33,237 nucleotides of DNA from a virus (taxonomy: Duplodnaviria > Heunggongvirae > Uroviricota > Caudoviricetes), in IMG/VR virus record IMGVR_UViG_2609459797_000007; one strand, 5' to 3'. Made by a program: the position numbers and the translations under genes. This document shows, in pieces, positions 16,949 to 25,330 of the stretch (the stretch's first letter is position 1; each line of letters starts with the position of its first letter). The notes under the pieces are model-generated. The model had not been told where the DNA came from. It was given only the letters and a program-made list of their open reading frames with translations, and searched no databases.

Positions 16949-17474
16949 GCGTTGCTCTATCGCCGTGATTGTTGCCCTGGGCTTATCAATGTCGCCCGAT
17001 GCGCTGAGAACGTCGCCGGAAGCACAGCAAAAAATAGCCTCCTGGGAAGACTGCCGTAACACGCCTTATTACTGCACCGCCGGAGTGTTGACCGTGGGGA
17101 TCGGTTCCACCGGCAATGTGGAAAAACGCGAGTACAGCAACGCTGAAGTAGCGCGCCGGTGGGTTAGTGATATGCAGCATGCTGAACGCTGCGTAAATCA
17201 GAACTTCAACGGCGAAGCGATGCCGCAAAAGGTATTCGAAAGCATGGTTGATGGTGGGCTGAATGTGGGTTGTACGGGCCTGATGTGGTTTACCGATAAG
17301 CGGGGCCACAAACAGCGAACAACCATCTGGAAAAACGCCCAGGCGCATGACTGGCACGGCGTCTGTGATCGCTTAACTGACTTTGTGAACAGTGCCGGTA
17401 AACGCTCACAAGGGCTGGTCAATCGGCGCACTGACTTTCAGGCATGGTGCAGGATGGATGCGGGGGCGCAATGA
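16932..17474 (+). CDS. K: Endolysin, lysozyme-like muramidase (P2 gpK / lambda R family) with an N-terminal hydrophobic signal-anchor-like segment
   Basis: ASWEDCRNTPYYCTAGVLTVGIGSTG resembles the catalytic region of phage lysozymes. N-terminal KRCSIAVIVALGLSMSP is hydrophobic. ATG 16932 is preferred over the GTG at 16926. Confidence 0.8.
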   Translation: MKTVIKRCSIAVIVALGLSMSPDALRTSPEAQQKIASWEDCRNTPYYCTAGVLTVGIGSTGNVEKREYSNAEVARRWVSDMQHAERCVNQNFNGEAMPQKVFESMVDGGLNVGCTGLMWFTDKRGHKQRTTIWKNAQAHDWHGVCDRLTDFVNSAGKRSQGLVNRRTDFQAWCRMDAGAQ

Positions 17475-17845
17475 AATCAATTTTATGGGGCTTGGTGCTG
17501 GCTGTAGTGGCTCACGTATCAGGGTATTACCAGGGATATAAGAGCGGTGTAGCGGATGACAACGAACAAAAGTTACAGCGCATGTTTGATGAAAGCGAAG
17601 CCGTGATAGGTGAAATGCGCGATCTGTCTGCTGACGCGCGCGCGGTGCTGGCTGAGGCCAGGAAGACCGAACAGGCCCGCAATACTGAAGGCGAACAACG
17701 CCGCGAAAAGATAACAGAGGGGATGCGTGATGATTCGTGTGCCGGTGCTCTTGCTCCTGCTGCTGTCACTGATGGGCTGCTCCGAAAAAGTCAGAGTGCA
17801 AACGCGGCTGATTCACGAGCCGATACCGGAAAGCCTCACAAATGA
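17471..17845 (+). CDS. lysB: Rz-like inner-membrane spanin (LysB)
   Basis: N-terminal TM (ILWGLVLAVVAHV) followed by a charged coiled-coil region. Start overlaps the K stop. Position matches P2 lysB. Confidence 0.7.
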   Translation: MKSILWGLVLAVVAHVSGYYQGYKSGVADDNEQKLQRMFDESEAVIGEMRDLSADARAVLAEARKTEQARNTEGEQRREKITEGMRDDSCAGALAPAAVTDGLLRKSQSANAADSRADTGKPHK

Positions 17846-18017
17846 AACGCCCACGCCAGCACTGAAAACGCCGGTGACGTGGGGGGGTATTGCAATTTGG
17901 GCCGATCAGTTACATGACGCCCTTGATACCTGCAATGCGGATAAAAGTGATATCCGGGCGTTAAATCTTTTGCGCCTGGCGCGCCAGAAAGGAGTGAAAC
18001 CACATGCTGAAAATTAA
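17727..18017 (+). CDS. lysC: Rz1-like outer-membrane lipoprotein spanin (LysC), partly embedded in lysB in another frame
   Basis: Signal peptide with lipobox (LLLLLLSLMGC), Pro-rich mature region, overlaps the 3' part of lysB. Confidence 0.7.
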   Translation: MMIRVPVLLLLLLSLMGCSEKVRVQTRLIHEPIPESLTNETPTPALKTPVTWGGIAIWADQLHDALDTCNADKSDIRALNLLRLARQKGVKPHAEN

Positions 18018-18459
18018 CTCGTTACGTAAAGCGCTCACTGACTCTAATCAGTGGTGTCGTGCAAACCCTGAAGCCTTCAGCGTTTTTATTGAATCAGGGC
18101 ATGTTGAGACGACCGGCGAAACGGCTGATTTTGTTTACGCCTATACGCTGTGTCTCTTTGTGATGAATTTTGCCGGTGATCTGGATGATTTCACGTTACC
18201 GCTGATGGCCTGGTTGTGGCAGGAACAGCCACAACTGTTATTTAACCCGGATAAGAACAAAGAAATTAAGTTTACAACCGCAATCAATAACGACGACACC
18301 GCCGATTTGTTTTTTGAACTGCCCATCAGCGAGCGTGTGATCGTAATGCGCAATGACGATGGCACGTTAAAGGCAAATCACAAGCCAGAGCCTCGCCCAC
18401 GTATACCGCCGGAATGGAGTGGAATTATTGAGGACGTTACCTGGAGTGCGTCCCTATGA
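18004..18459 (+). CDS. R: Tail completion protein R
   Basis: 151-aa ORF; size and synteny match P2 R. Confidence 0.75.
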   Translation: MLKINSLRKALTDSNQWCRANPEAFSVFIESGHVETTGETADFVYAYTLCLFVMNFAGDLDDFTLPLMAWLWQEQPQLLFNPDKNKEIKFTTAINNDDTADLFFELPISERVIVMRNDDGTLKANHKPEPRPRIPPEWSGIIEDVTWSASL

Positions 18460-19094
18460 GTACCGAAGATATTCACGTACTGGATCAGTATTTCTCTGAC
18501 ATCCTGACGGGGGTATCACCTGCCGGGCGAGCCAGGACGGCGCGCGAAGTTGGGAAGATGCTGCGTATCAGCCAACAGCAGCGTATACGCGCACAGCGCA
18601 ATCCGGATGGAAGCCAGTACCCGTCGCGTCGCCGTAAAACGCTGCGTACCCAGCAAGGGATCGCTTTTATCTGGGAAGGGCAGTTAAGGCGGCTGAAGAA
18701 CTGGCACAGCGGGCGCGGCAAATACGGGCGAACCATTACCGGATTTGATGAAGACCGAAACGAGATCCGCACGTTCTACCGCGCCGATATTGAGCGTTAT
18801 ACGGAAATCAATACCCGCGCGGGCCAGCGTTCAAAAATGGTCAAGGCTCCGATGTTCGTGAAGCTGAGAACCGCCCGATTTATGAAAGTTAAGGCATCCA
18901 GTGAGGGGGCCGAGGTGGGTTACAGCGGCATGGCAGCCCGTATTGCGCGCATTCATCAGTACGGGTTGCGTGAACAGGTCGGGCCGGGGGCGTTTGCGAA
19001 GTATGCGCCGCGTGTCCTGCTGGGTATTTCTAAGGCCGATGAAGCGCTGATCCGTAGTGCGGTGATTAACAGCTTGGGGAGTGCTGGGGCATGA
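18456..19094 (+). CDS. S: Tail completion protein S
   Basis: 212-aa ORF overlapping the R stop; synteny with P2 S. Confidence 0.75.
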   Translation: MSTEDIHVLDQYFSDILTGVSPAGRARTAREVGKMLRISQQQRIRAQRNPDGSQYPSRRRKTLRTQQGIAFIWEGQLRRLKNWHSGRGKYGRTITGFDEDRNEIRTFYRADIERYTEINTRAGQRSKMVKAPMFVKLRTARFMKVKASSEGAEVGYSGMAARIARIHQYGLREQVGPGAFAKYAPRVLLGISKADEALIRSAVINSLGSAGA

Positions 19095-19672
19095 GTGCCG
19101 AATTGTTGCGCCTCCTGTCTAACATGCTCCGTGTGGGCGTGGTTTTTGCCATATCGGAAGACGGTAAGAGTGTACGGGTGCAGAGCGATGATTTGCAGAC
19201 AACCTGGCTTCGCTGGACGACGACGCGCGCCGGTGCTTTTAAATTCTGGTGCCCGCCATCGCTGGGCGAACAAGTTTTGTTGGGATGTATCGGCGGCAAT
19301 CCTGAAACAGCCGTTTTGCTGGGCAGCCTCTACAGCAGCGAAAACGACGCCCCCGCCAGTAGTCTGATGCAGATGATGATCACCGCACCTGATGGGGCTG
19401 AATTTAGCTATGACGCAAAGGCGGGCGCGCTGAGTGCTGGCGGCATGAAAACAGCCACTATTCAGGCAAAGACAAAAATCACACTGGATACGCCAGAGGT
19501 GGAATGCACCAACCATCTGAAGGCGAAAACCTTTGATTTCTCTGAGGGCGGCGCGCTGACCGGCAATGTAACTCACAGCGGCGGTGCACTTACGTCAAAC
19601 GGCGTCCAGGCTGACGACCATGATCATGGTGGTGTTCAGAGTGGTAATAGCAGGACTAAGGGGACGGCATGA
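19091..19672 (+). CDS. V: Baseplate spike/assembly protein V
   Basis: 193-aa ORF; synteny V-W-J-I and size match P2 gpV. Confidence 0.8.
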   Translation: MSAELLRLLSNMLRVGVVFAISEDGKSVRVQSDDLQTTWLRWTTTRAGAFKFWCPPSLGEQVLLGCIGGNPETAVLLGSLYSSENDAPASSLMQMMITAPDGAEFSYDAKAGALSAGGMKTATIQAKTKITLDTPEVECTNHLKAKTFDFSEGGALTGNVTHSGGALTSNGVQADDHDHGGVQSGNSRTKGTA

Positions 19673-20037
19673 CGGCGAAATATACGGGAATGAACCAGGG
19701 CGGTACAGGGACGGTTTCGGATAGCGATCACCTGTGGCAATCCATGAAAGATATCTTACTGACGCCGCTGGGGTCGCGCGTGATGCGCCGTACGTATGGC
19801 AGCCTGTTACCTGACTTGCTGGACGCCCCGAAAAACGAAACAACGCGCCTTCAGCTAATGAGCGCCACGGTGATTGCGCTGACGCAATGGGAACCACGGA
19901 TAGCACTTAACCAGGTCGATATTACGTATTCAGACGCCGGGGCCGTGACGGTTGAGTTAAGTGGATTGGTTACTTCAACGATGCAGCCGGTAAGAGGCGC
20001 GGTAAAAGTGAAGGAGTCAGGCAATGGCGACCGTTGA
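19669..20037 (+). CDS. W: Baseplate wedge protein W (gp25-like)
   Basis: 122-aa ORF; size and synteny match P2 W. Confidence 0.8.
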   Translation: MTAKYTGMNQGGTGTVSDSDHLWQSMKDILLTPLGSRVMRRTYGSLLPDLLDAPKNETTRLQLMSATVIALTQWEPRIALNQVDITYSDAGAVTVELSGLVTSTMQPVRGAVKVKESGNGDR

Positions 20038-20917
20038 TTTATCAGAACTCCCACCACCGGAGATTATCGCGACGCTGGATTATGAAACCATTCTGAGTGA
20101 AGTGAAAGTGGTGATCATTGCTGCGTACCCGGAAGACATGCAACCGGCAATAGCAGCGGCAATGGCGCTGGAGTCAGAGCCCCTGAATGTGATCGCTCAG
20201 GTGATTGCGTATCGTGAATTGATGTTGCGACAGGTCATTAATGATGGCGCTGCGGCTTGCATGTTAAGCCATGCCACAGGCAACGATCTGGATAACCTGG
20301 CGGCAAATAACGACACAGAGCGCCTGACCGTTATTGAAGAAACAGATACAACGGATGCGGTAATGGAAAGTGATGCCGCGCTACGTATGCGTGCGCAATC
20401 CGCATTTGAAGGGTTAAGCGTTGCCGGGCCAACCGGTGCTTACGAGTACTTCGCAAAAAGCGCGTCGGGAAAGGTTGCTGATGTTAAGGCATCAAGTCCG
20501 GCACCGGCTGAAGTTGTCGTTTCGGTGCTCTCTGCTGAGGGTGACGGAACGGCTTCAGACGAGCTGATCGCAACGGTCAACGCAAAGCTATCAGACGAGA
20601 GTGTCCGCCCCGTTGGTGACCGGCTGACAGTCCAGAGCGCTGAGATTATCAGTTATGACATCAATGTAACGCTGTATCTCTACCCAGGCCCAGAGTCAGA
20701 ACCCATTGTGAACGCTGCTGAGGCGTCATTGCAGAAGTGGCTCAAAAGCCAGTGGCGAATCGGGCTTGATGTTGCCAGGTCTGCAATTATGGCGGCGTTA
20801 CACGTGCAGGGTGTGCAGCGAGTGGAACTGGATCTACCTGAACGGCTGATTATCAGCGATACACAGGCGGCGCGGTGTGCTTCGGTCACCATCACGAGAG
20901 GTGGAACCGATGAATAA
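20024..20917 (+). CDS. J: Baseplate protein J
   Basis: 297-aa ORF; size matches P2 J (about 300 aa); synteny. Confidence 0.85.
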   Translation: MATVDLSELPPPEIIATLDYETILSEVKVVIIAAYPEDMQPAIAAAMALESEPLNVIAQVIAYRELMLRQVINDGAAACMLSHATGNDLDNLAANNDTERLTVIEETDTTDAVMESDAALRMRAQSAFEGLSVAGPTGAYEYFAKSASGKVADVKASSPAPAEVVVSVLSAEGDGTASDELIATVNAKLSDESVRPVGDRLTVQSAEIISYDINVTLYLYPGPESEPIVNAAEASLQKWLKSQWRIGLDVARSAIMAALHVQGVQRVELDLPERLIISDTQAARCASVTITRGGTDE

Positions 20918-21524
20918 CAGTCTGTTGCCACCTTCAGCCAGTGATTTTATGCGCGGTGCAGAGGCCGCAACATGGCGCGTGAGTGGTTTACCCGTAGGCC
21001 TGAAAACGTTGTGGAACCCTGATGAATGCCCGGTTGCTTTACTGCCTTATCTGGCTTGGGCGTTATCGGTTGATCGCTGGGATAAAGGCTGGTCAGAACA
21101 GACAAAGCGACAGGTGATTAAATCCGCCTGGCTGGTACACAGGCAAAAGGGAACTATCGCGGCGCTGCGCCGTGTCGTTGAGCCGTTCGGCTTCCTGATA
21201 AAGGTCGTTGAATGGTGGCAGAACGGAGGCGAGCGGGGAACATTTCAACTTGAAATTGGTGTTTCTGATTCAGGGATTACAGAAGAAACCTATCTCGAGC
21301 TTGAGCGTCTGATCGCTGATGCAAAACCATGCTCACGGCACCTGACCGGCCTTGCTATCAGTCTGCAGACTAAGGGGGCAGCATATGCGCATGCCGGATG
21401 TTATAGCGGCGACGTGATGACAATTTTTCCCTATATGCCTGAAGCCGTAGAAGTCAGTGGCGGGGATTTTTCAGGTGGCGCAATTCACATTATTGATACG
21501 TTAGAGGTAACAAATGGCGGCTAA
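20910..21524 (+). CDS. I: Baseplate/tail protein I
   Basis: About 204-aa ORF; its ATG at 20910 overlaps the J stop; synteny. Confidence 0.8.
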   Translation: MNNSLLPPSASDFMRGAEAATWRVSGLPVGLKTLWNPDECPVALLPYLAWALSVDRWDKGWSEQTKRQVIKSAWLVHRQKGTIAALRRVVEPFGFLIKVVEWWQNGGERGTFQLEIGVSDSGITEETYLELERLIADAKPCSRHLTGLAISLQTKGAAYAHAGCYSGDVMTIFPYMPEAVEVSGGDFSGGAIHIIDTLEVTNGG

Positions 21525-22824
21525 ATTCTTTGCCCTGCTGACTAATCAGGGGGCGGCAAAATTATCAAATATGGCTGCATTGGGTGAGAAGTTAGAAATC
21601 ACCTCGCTCGCAGTTGGTGATGGCGGCGGTACATCACCAACACCAAATCAGGCACAGACAAGGCTGGTTAATGAGGTACGCCGTGCCCAGATTAACTCAC
21701 TGTCAGTGGACGAAAAAAACGATAGTCAGATTATTGCTGAACAGATTATTCCTGAATCCGTTGGCGGGTGGTGGATTCGGGAGATCGGACTCTTTGACGC
21801 TGATGGCATCTTGATTGCTGTAGCCAACTGCCCGGAAACCTATAAAGCGACAACAGAGGAAGGGTCGGGGCGTACACAGGTTATCAGAATGATGCTGACG
21901 GTATCGAGTACAGACGCCGTTACCCTTAAAGTTGATCCTTCAATTGTGCTGGCAACCCGCCAGTATGTTGATAACGCTGTCATTGAAGTGAAGAACTACG
22001 CTGATGGACTCATGCGCAGCCACGAACAGTCGCGCAACCATCCTGATGCAACCACTACGGCTAAAGGTTTTACGCAGCTTAACAGCAGTGTGACGGATGA
22101 CCGCGATACACAATCGGCAACCCCGAAAGCCGTAAAAATTGCGATGGATAACGCGAATGCGCGGTTGGCTAAAGATCGCAATCTCGCCGATTTACCTAAC
22201 CCGGCACTGGCGCGCCAGAATATGCAATTAGGTGATAGCTCGACGAAAAACACCGGTACAACTGCCAATACTGTTGCAGCGGGTGATGATGCACGTATCA
22301 CCGGATCGATGCAGAAAAGCCAAAACGGTGCGGATATTCCAGACGTGGCGAAGTTTCTCCAAAACCTTCGTTTAGGAGCGGGCGCTCCGCCGATAGGAAT
22401 TCCGTTCTTCTGGCCGTCGACTGCAATGCCTAATACGGTTATGGATGAGTGGTCGGATATGGTCTTTTTGAAATGGAATGGCGCAACCTTCTCAGCGACT
22501 GAATACCCTAAACTGGCAAGGATTATTCCAGGACTGAAATTAAATGATGTGCGAGGCGAGTTCCTGCGTATTTGGGATGATGGAAGGGGCGTAGATAACG
22601 GAAGGGGGTTACTCAGCTTTCAGGCAGCAACATCTTTCACACAGTATGCTGGTAACTATGACGTAGGCTCCGGTCATGCAATAGGTAATCATGATGGTGT
22701 AGTCGATTACAGTCCTGGATTTTCCAGATTTCCTTATCCCGGCCCAGCTATTGGTGATGGTGTTAACCATGTAACCGTAAGACCACGTAACATCGCATTT
22801 AACTTTTTAGTAAGGGCTAAATAA
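21514..22824 (+). CDS. H: Tail fibre protein H: constant N-terminal part fused to the currently expressed variable C-terminus
   Basis: 436-aa ORF following I. A recombination site lies inside it (22348-22371), so the C-terminal ~150 aa are part of an invertible segment. Confidence 0.85.
   Translation: MAAKFFALLTNQGAAKLSNMAALGEKLEITSLAVGDGGGTSPTPNQAQTRLVNEVRRAQINSLSVDEKNDSQIIAEQIIPESVGGWWIREIGLFDADGILIAVANCPETYKATTEEGSGRTQVIRMMLTVSSTDAVTLKVDPSIVLATRQYVDNAVIEVKNYADGLMRSHEQSRNHPDATTTAKGFTQLNSSVTDDRDTQSATPKAVKIAMDNANARLAKDRNLADLPNPALARQNMQLGDSSTKNTGTTANTVAAGDDARITGSMQKSQNGADIPDVAKFLQNLRLGAGAPPIGIPFFWPSTAMPNTVMDEWSDMVFLKWNGATFSATEYPKLARIIPGLKLNDVRGEFLRIWDDGRGVDNGRGLLSFQAATSFTQYAGNYDVGSGHAIGNHDGVVDYSPGFSRFPYPGPAIGDGVNHVTVRPRNIAFNFLVRAK
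22348..22371. repeat. Left inversion crossover site (hix/gix-like): TTCTCCAAAACC-TT-CGTTTAGGAG
   Basis: Quasi-palindromic 24-26 bp site inside H; matches the right site at 24161-24185 with a complementary central dinucleotide. Confidence 0.65.
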
Positions 22825-23417
22825 TGACAGTCATTTTCGATAAAGACGGGCTGGCTGTTGAAGCCGGAAGTATTCGTGTTTATTACTTTCATCCTGTGAC
22901 AAAGGAATATGTAGGATGGTCTGACGAATTCATTAATATCGGAGTGAGTATGCCAGGTAACTCTACTAATATTGCTCCGGGGAATGAAGTGGCAGGAGAG
23001 GTTATGGTATTTACAGGAAAAGACTGGAAGCGACAAAAAGACCACCGGGGGGAGACTGTCTGGTCTACTGATGACGGTAGCGCCATCACCGTGAACTACA
23101 TTGGCTCTGTTCATGATGGATACACTAATATTGCGCCATCCACCCCCTACGATAAGTGGGACGGGGAAAAGTGGGTAACGGATACCAAAGCCCAGCACGC
23201 GGCAGATAAAGAAGTAGCAAAACAACAACAGCAATCTCTGATAGATTCAGCAATGGCATCAATCGGCATGATACAGCTTAAATTACAGGCAGGGCGTAAA
23301 TTAACCACTGCTGAAACTACGAGGCTAAATTCTGTTCTGGACTACATTGACGCGGTGGAGGCAACTGATACCAGCACCGCGCCAGATATTAAGTGGCCTC
23401 TTCCCCCGGAGTGGTAG
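22824..23417 (+). CDS. G: Tail fibre assembly (chaperone) protein G, active orientation
   Basis: 197-aa ORF immediately after H; its 3' end converges and overlaps with the alternative chaperone gene on the other strand, as in Mu-type G segments. Confidence 0.8.
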   Translation: MTVIFDKDGLAVEAGSIRVYYFHPVTKEYVGWSDEFINIGVSMPGNSTNIAPGNEVAGEVMVFTGKDWKRQKDHRGETVWSTDDGSAITVNYIGSVHDGYTNIAPSTPYDKWDGEKWVTDTKAQHAADKEVAKQQQQSLIDSAMASIGMIQLKLQAGRKLTTAETTRLNSVLDYIDAVEATDTSTAPDIKWPLPPEW

Positions 23418-23814
23418 GCCAAACGGGTTTTTCGGTATCGACTCGCATCAGTAATACCCTGTATTTTTTCCATTCTGACAAAGCGGCGGTTTCTTCTTCC
23501 GTCGCTACTCCTGCATCAACAGCATCCTGACGCCAGTTAATCTCTGAGTCAGCCCGCATACGTAAGTTGGCCTTTCTTAATTCAGCGACAGCGCTAAGTT
23601 CTTCCTGAGTTGGTGGTGGAATATCTACCCATGCTGGCATTCCTGCTATTACATTTCTGTATTTACCTTCGGGTGGCTCCTGCATGAATTCAGTTGCAAC
23701 AGAGTCTTCTATTTCTATTCCATCGTTTGGCCACTCTCCTGCCTTTTGATAGGACGACTTCAGCTCTACAGGAAAGAAAGCATTTTTCTTGGCACTGAAT
23801 ACATATTTTTGCAT
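23389..23814 (-). CDS. Alternative tail fibre assembly protein (G'), silent orientation within the invertible segment
   Basis: 141-aa ORF on the opposite strand; its start follows the stop of the alternative fibre C-terminus (23816). Confidence 0.7.
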   Translation of the reverse strand: MQKYVFSAKKNAFFPVELKSSYQKAGEWPNDGIEIEDSVATEFMQEPPEGKYRNVIAGMPAWVDIPPPTQEELSAVAELRKANLRMRADSEINWRQDAVDAGVATEEETAALSEWKKYRVLLMRVDTEKPVWPTTPGEEAT

Positions 23815-23815
23815 G

Positions 23816-24172
23816 TTAACGTCCTATAGAAATATAACTAAATCGGTATTGCTGAGAATTGTCACTCGTTGATACACGCCATGACGAATTGCTGATATGT
23901 TCAAAATTTACAGAAAGTACAGGCGTAATCGGTCCAGAAGGATTTGACTGGACGGCATCAGACATGACGCTGATAGAAATCAAGGGTTGAGTCGGAAACG
24001 GTATAGGGAAGTTACCGCTGATAAAACGAGTCGTGTTTCCTGAATATGTACCAAACTGCACAATGTGCCCGCTTGGTAATTTGAACCACCCTGTGCCAGA
24101 TGCAAAAGCGCCCATATCCGGTATCTGATTTGCACCTGTCCCCACCTCTCTTTTTGCTGCTTCTTTCAAACC
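23816..24172 (-). CDS. Alternative tail fibre C-terminal cassette (H'), promoterless and start-less, expressed only after inversion
   Basis: Open frame from the right recombination site down to a stop at 23816, encoding ...GANQIPDMGAFASGTGWFKLPSGHIVQFGTYSGNTTRF.... The junction sequence parallels the H junction (FLQN versus FLNV). Confidence 0.65.
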   Translation of the reverse strand, partial: GLKEAAKREVGTGANQIPDMGAFASGTGWFKLPSGHIVQFGTYSGNTTRFISGNFPIPFPTQPLISISVMSDAVQSNPSGPITPVLSVNFEHISNSSWRVSTSDNSQQYRFSYISIGR

Positions 24173-24185
24173 AACGTTTAAGAAA
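24161..24185. repeat. Right inversion crossover site (hix/gix-like): TTCTTTCAAACC-AA-CGTTTAAGAAA
   Basis: Resembles hixL (TTCTTGAAAACCAAGGTTTTTGATAA) as I recall it. Located about 55 bp upstream of the invertase start codon. Confidence 0.65.
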
Positions 24186-24240
24186 ATGCAGATTTGCACC
24201 CTGGCTGGCATCATTCCGGCTTTTGCATGAGGGAAAGCAA

Positions 24241-24810
24241 ATGCAGGTTGGCTATGTACGCGTATCAACAAATGACCAAAACACTGCATTACAGCGTGAC
24301 GCGCTGGAGCGCTCAGGATGTAAGCTGATATTTGAAGATAAAATAAGCGGCAAAACGTCAGATAGACCGGGGCTGAAGAAATTATTAAAAAGCCTGTCTC
24401 CAGGGGACACGCTTGTTGTTTGGAAGCTGGATCGGCTTGGACGAAGTATGCGGCACCTGGTTGTACTTGTGGAGGAGTTGCGCCAGCGATCGGTAAATTT
24501 CCAAAGCCTGACGGATAGTATTGATACATCAACTCCTATGGGGCGCTTTTTCTTTCATGTTATGGGGGCGCTAGCTGAAATGGAGCGTGAATTGATTGTT
24601 GAGAGGACGCGAGCGGGCCTGAAGACTGCCAGAGAGCAGGGGAGGATTGGCGGGCGTCGCCCAAAGCTATCTGATGATCAGTGGGCGCAAGCGGGGCGGT
24701 TGATTGCTGCCGGTGAGACTCGCCAGCGGGTTGCCTTGCTTTTTGATGTCGGGATATCGACGTTATACAAAAAATTCCCCGCCACGGTGAGGGTTGAGGC
24801 GGGGAAATGA
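24241..24810 (+). CDS. Serine DNA invertase (Hin/Gin/Cin/Pin family)
   Basis: N-terminal MQVGYVRVSTNDQN (catalytic Ser), GDTLVVWKLDRLGRS and a C-terminal HTH. Start taken at the internal ATG 24241; the track's 24100 start would run through the crossover site. Confidence 0.9.
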   Translation: MQVGYVRVSTNDQNTALQRDALERSGCKLIFEDKISGKTSDRPGLKKLLKSLSPGDTLVVWKLDRLGRSMRHLVVLVEELRQRSVNFQSLTDSIDTSTPMGRFFFHVMGALAEMERELIVERTRAGLKTAREQGRIGGRRPKLSDDQWAQAGRLIAAGETRQRVALLFDVGISTLYKKFPATVRVEAGK

Positions 24811-24829
24811 AAGCCAGTAATGCAGTTGT

Positions 24830-25318
24830 TTAGAACAGGCTTGATGCGGCAGCGCTGATATTATTCAGCGCTGAGTTGGCTGTGTTTTGTAGGTTGCCGA
24901 GTAGGTCACTCACTGATGAAGACTGGAGGCTTTCGCGCAGGTCTTCATCTTGCCTTTGAAACGTGATCGTAAACTCTATTTTCTTCGGCTCCCCATACTG
25001 GTCAAATTCAGTATCGGTGGTCTGAAGCTGTGTTATCGAATACATGCCATATATCCGCCCGGTGCCGCTGATAAGAGGCCAGGGGCGTCCGGTGTATGCC
25101 TGTGTATCGAGCACAGTTAGACTCACCTTACCGCCGGTCACTGATGGGTACAAAACGCCGGATAGTGTGATTTGATCGTCACCCGCGCCAATGTATTGCC
25201 ACTTTGCCGATCGGTTTATGCGTTCGTTCTTCACATGCCGCCAGGTCTTTGACTGCTGCAACTGTTGGTGGGGAACGGTTTTTAACTCAAAGACGAACAT
25301 TCCGTAAACCATCATCAT
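24830..25318 (-). CDS. U: Tail protein U
   Basis: 162-aa ORF; MMMVYGMFVFELKTVPHQ...GVLYPSVTGGK...WPLISGTGRIYGMY agrees closely with my memory of P2 gpU (MMLALGMFVF...GVLYPELTGGK...WPLLDGTGMIYGMY). Confidence 0.85.
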   Translation of the reverse strand: MMMVYGMFVFELKTVPHQQLQQSKTWRHVKNERINRSAKWQYIGAGDDQITLSGVLYPSVTGGKVSLTVLDTQAYTGRPWPLISGTGRIYGMYSITQLQTTDTEFDQYGEPKKIEFTITFQRQDEDLRESLQSSSVSDLLGNLQNTANSALNNISAAASSLF

Positions 25319-25330
25319 TGTTTTGCTCTC

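Larger units (their letters stand above)
22361..24173. mobile_element. Invertible DNA segment (about 1.8 kb) carrying alternative tail-fibre C-termini and chaperones; host-range switch
   Basis: Bounded by the two inverted hix-like sites. Content (Hc-G on one strand, G'-H'c on the other) and adjacent serine invertase mirror the Mu G / P1 C segment arrangement. Confidence 0.7.

Noticed and set aside
24100-24240. Upstream extension of the invertase ORF (start at 24100)
   Set aside because: The extension runs through the hix-like crossover site and lacks an RBS. The conserved invertase N-terminus MQVGYVRVST begins at 24241.
24173-24532. Upstream part of minus-strand ORF 23816..24532, antisense to the invertase 5' end
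   Set aside because: Beyond the crossover site the frame is simply open read-through. Only the segment inside the invertible region (23816..24172) is interpreted as the alternative fibre C-terminus.
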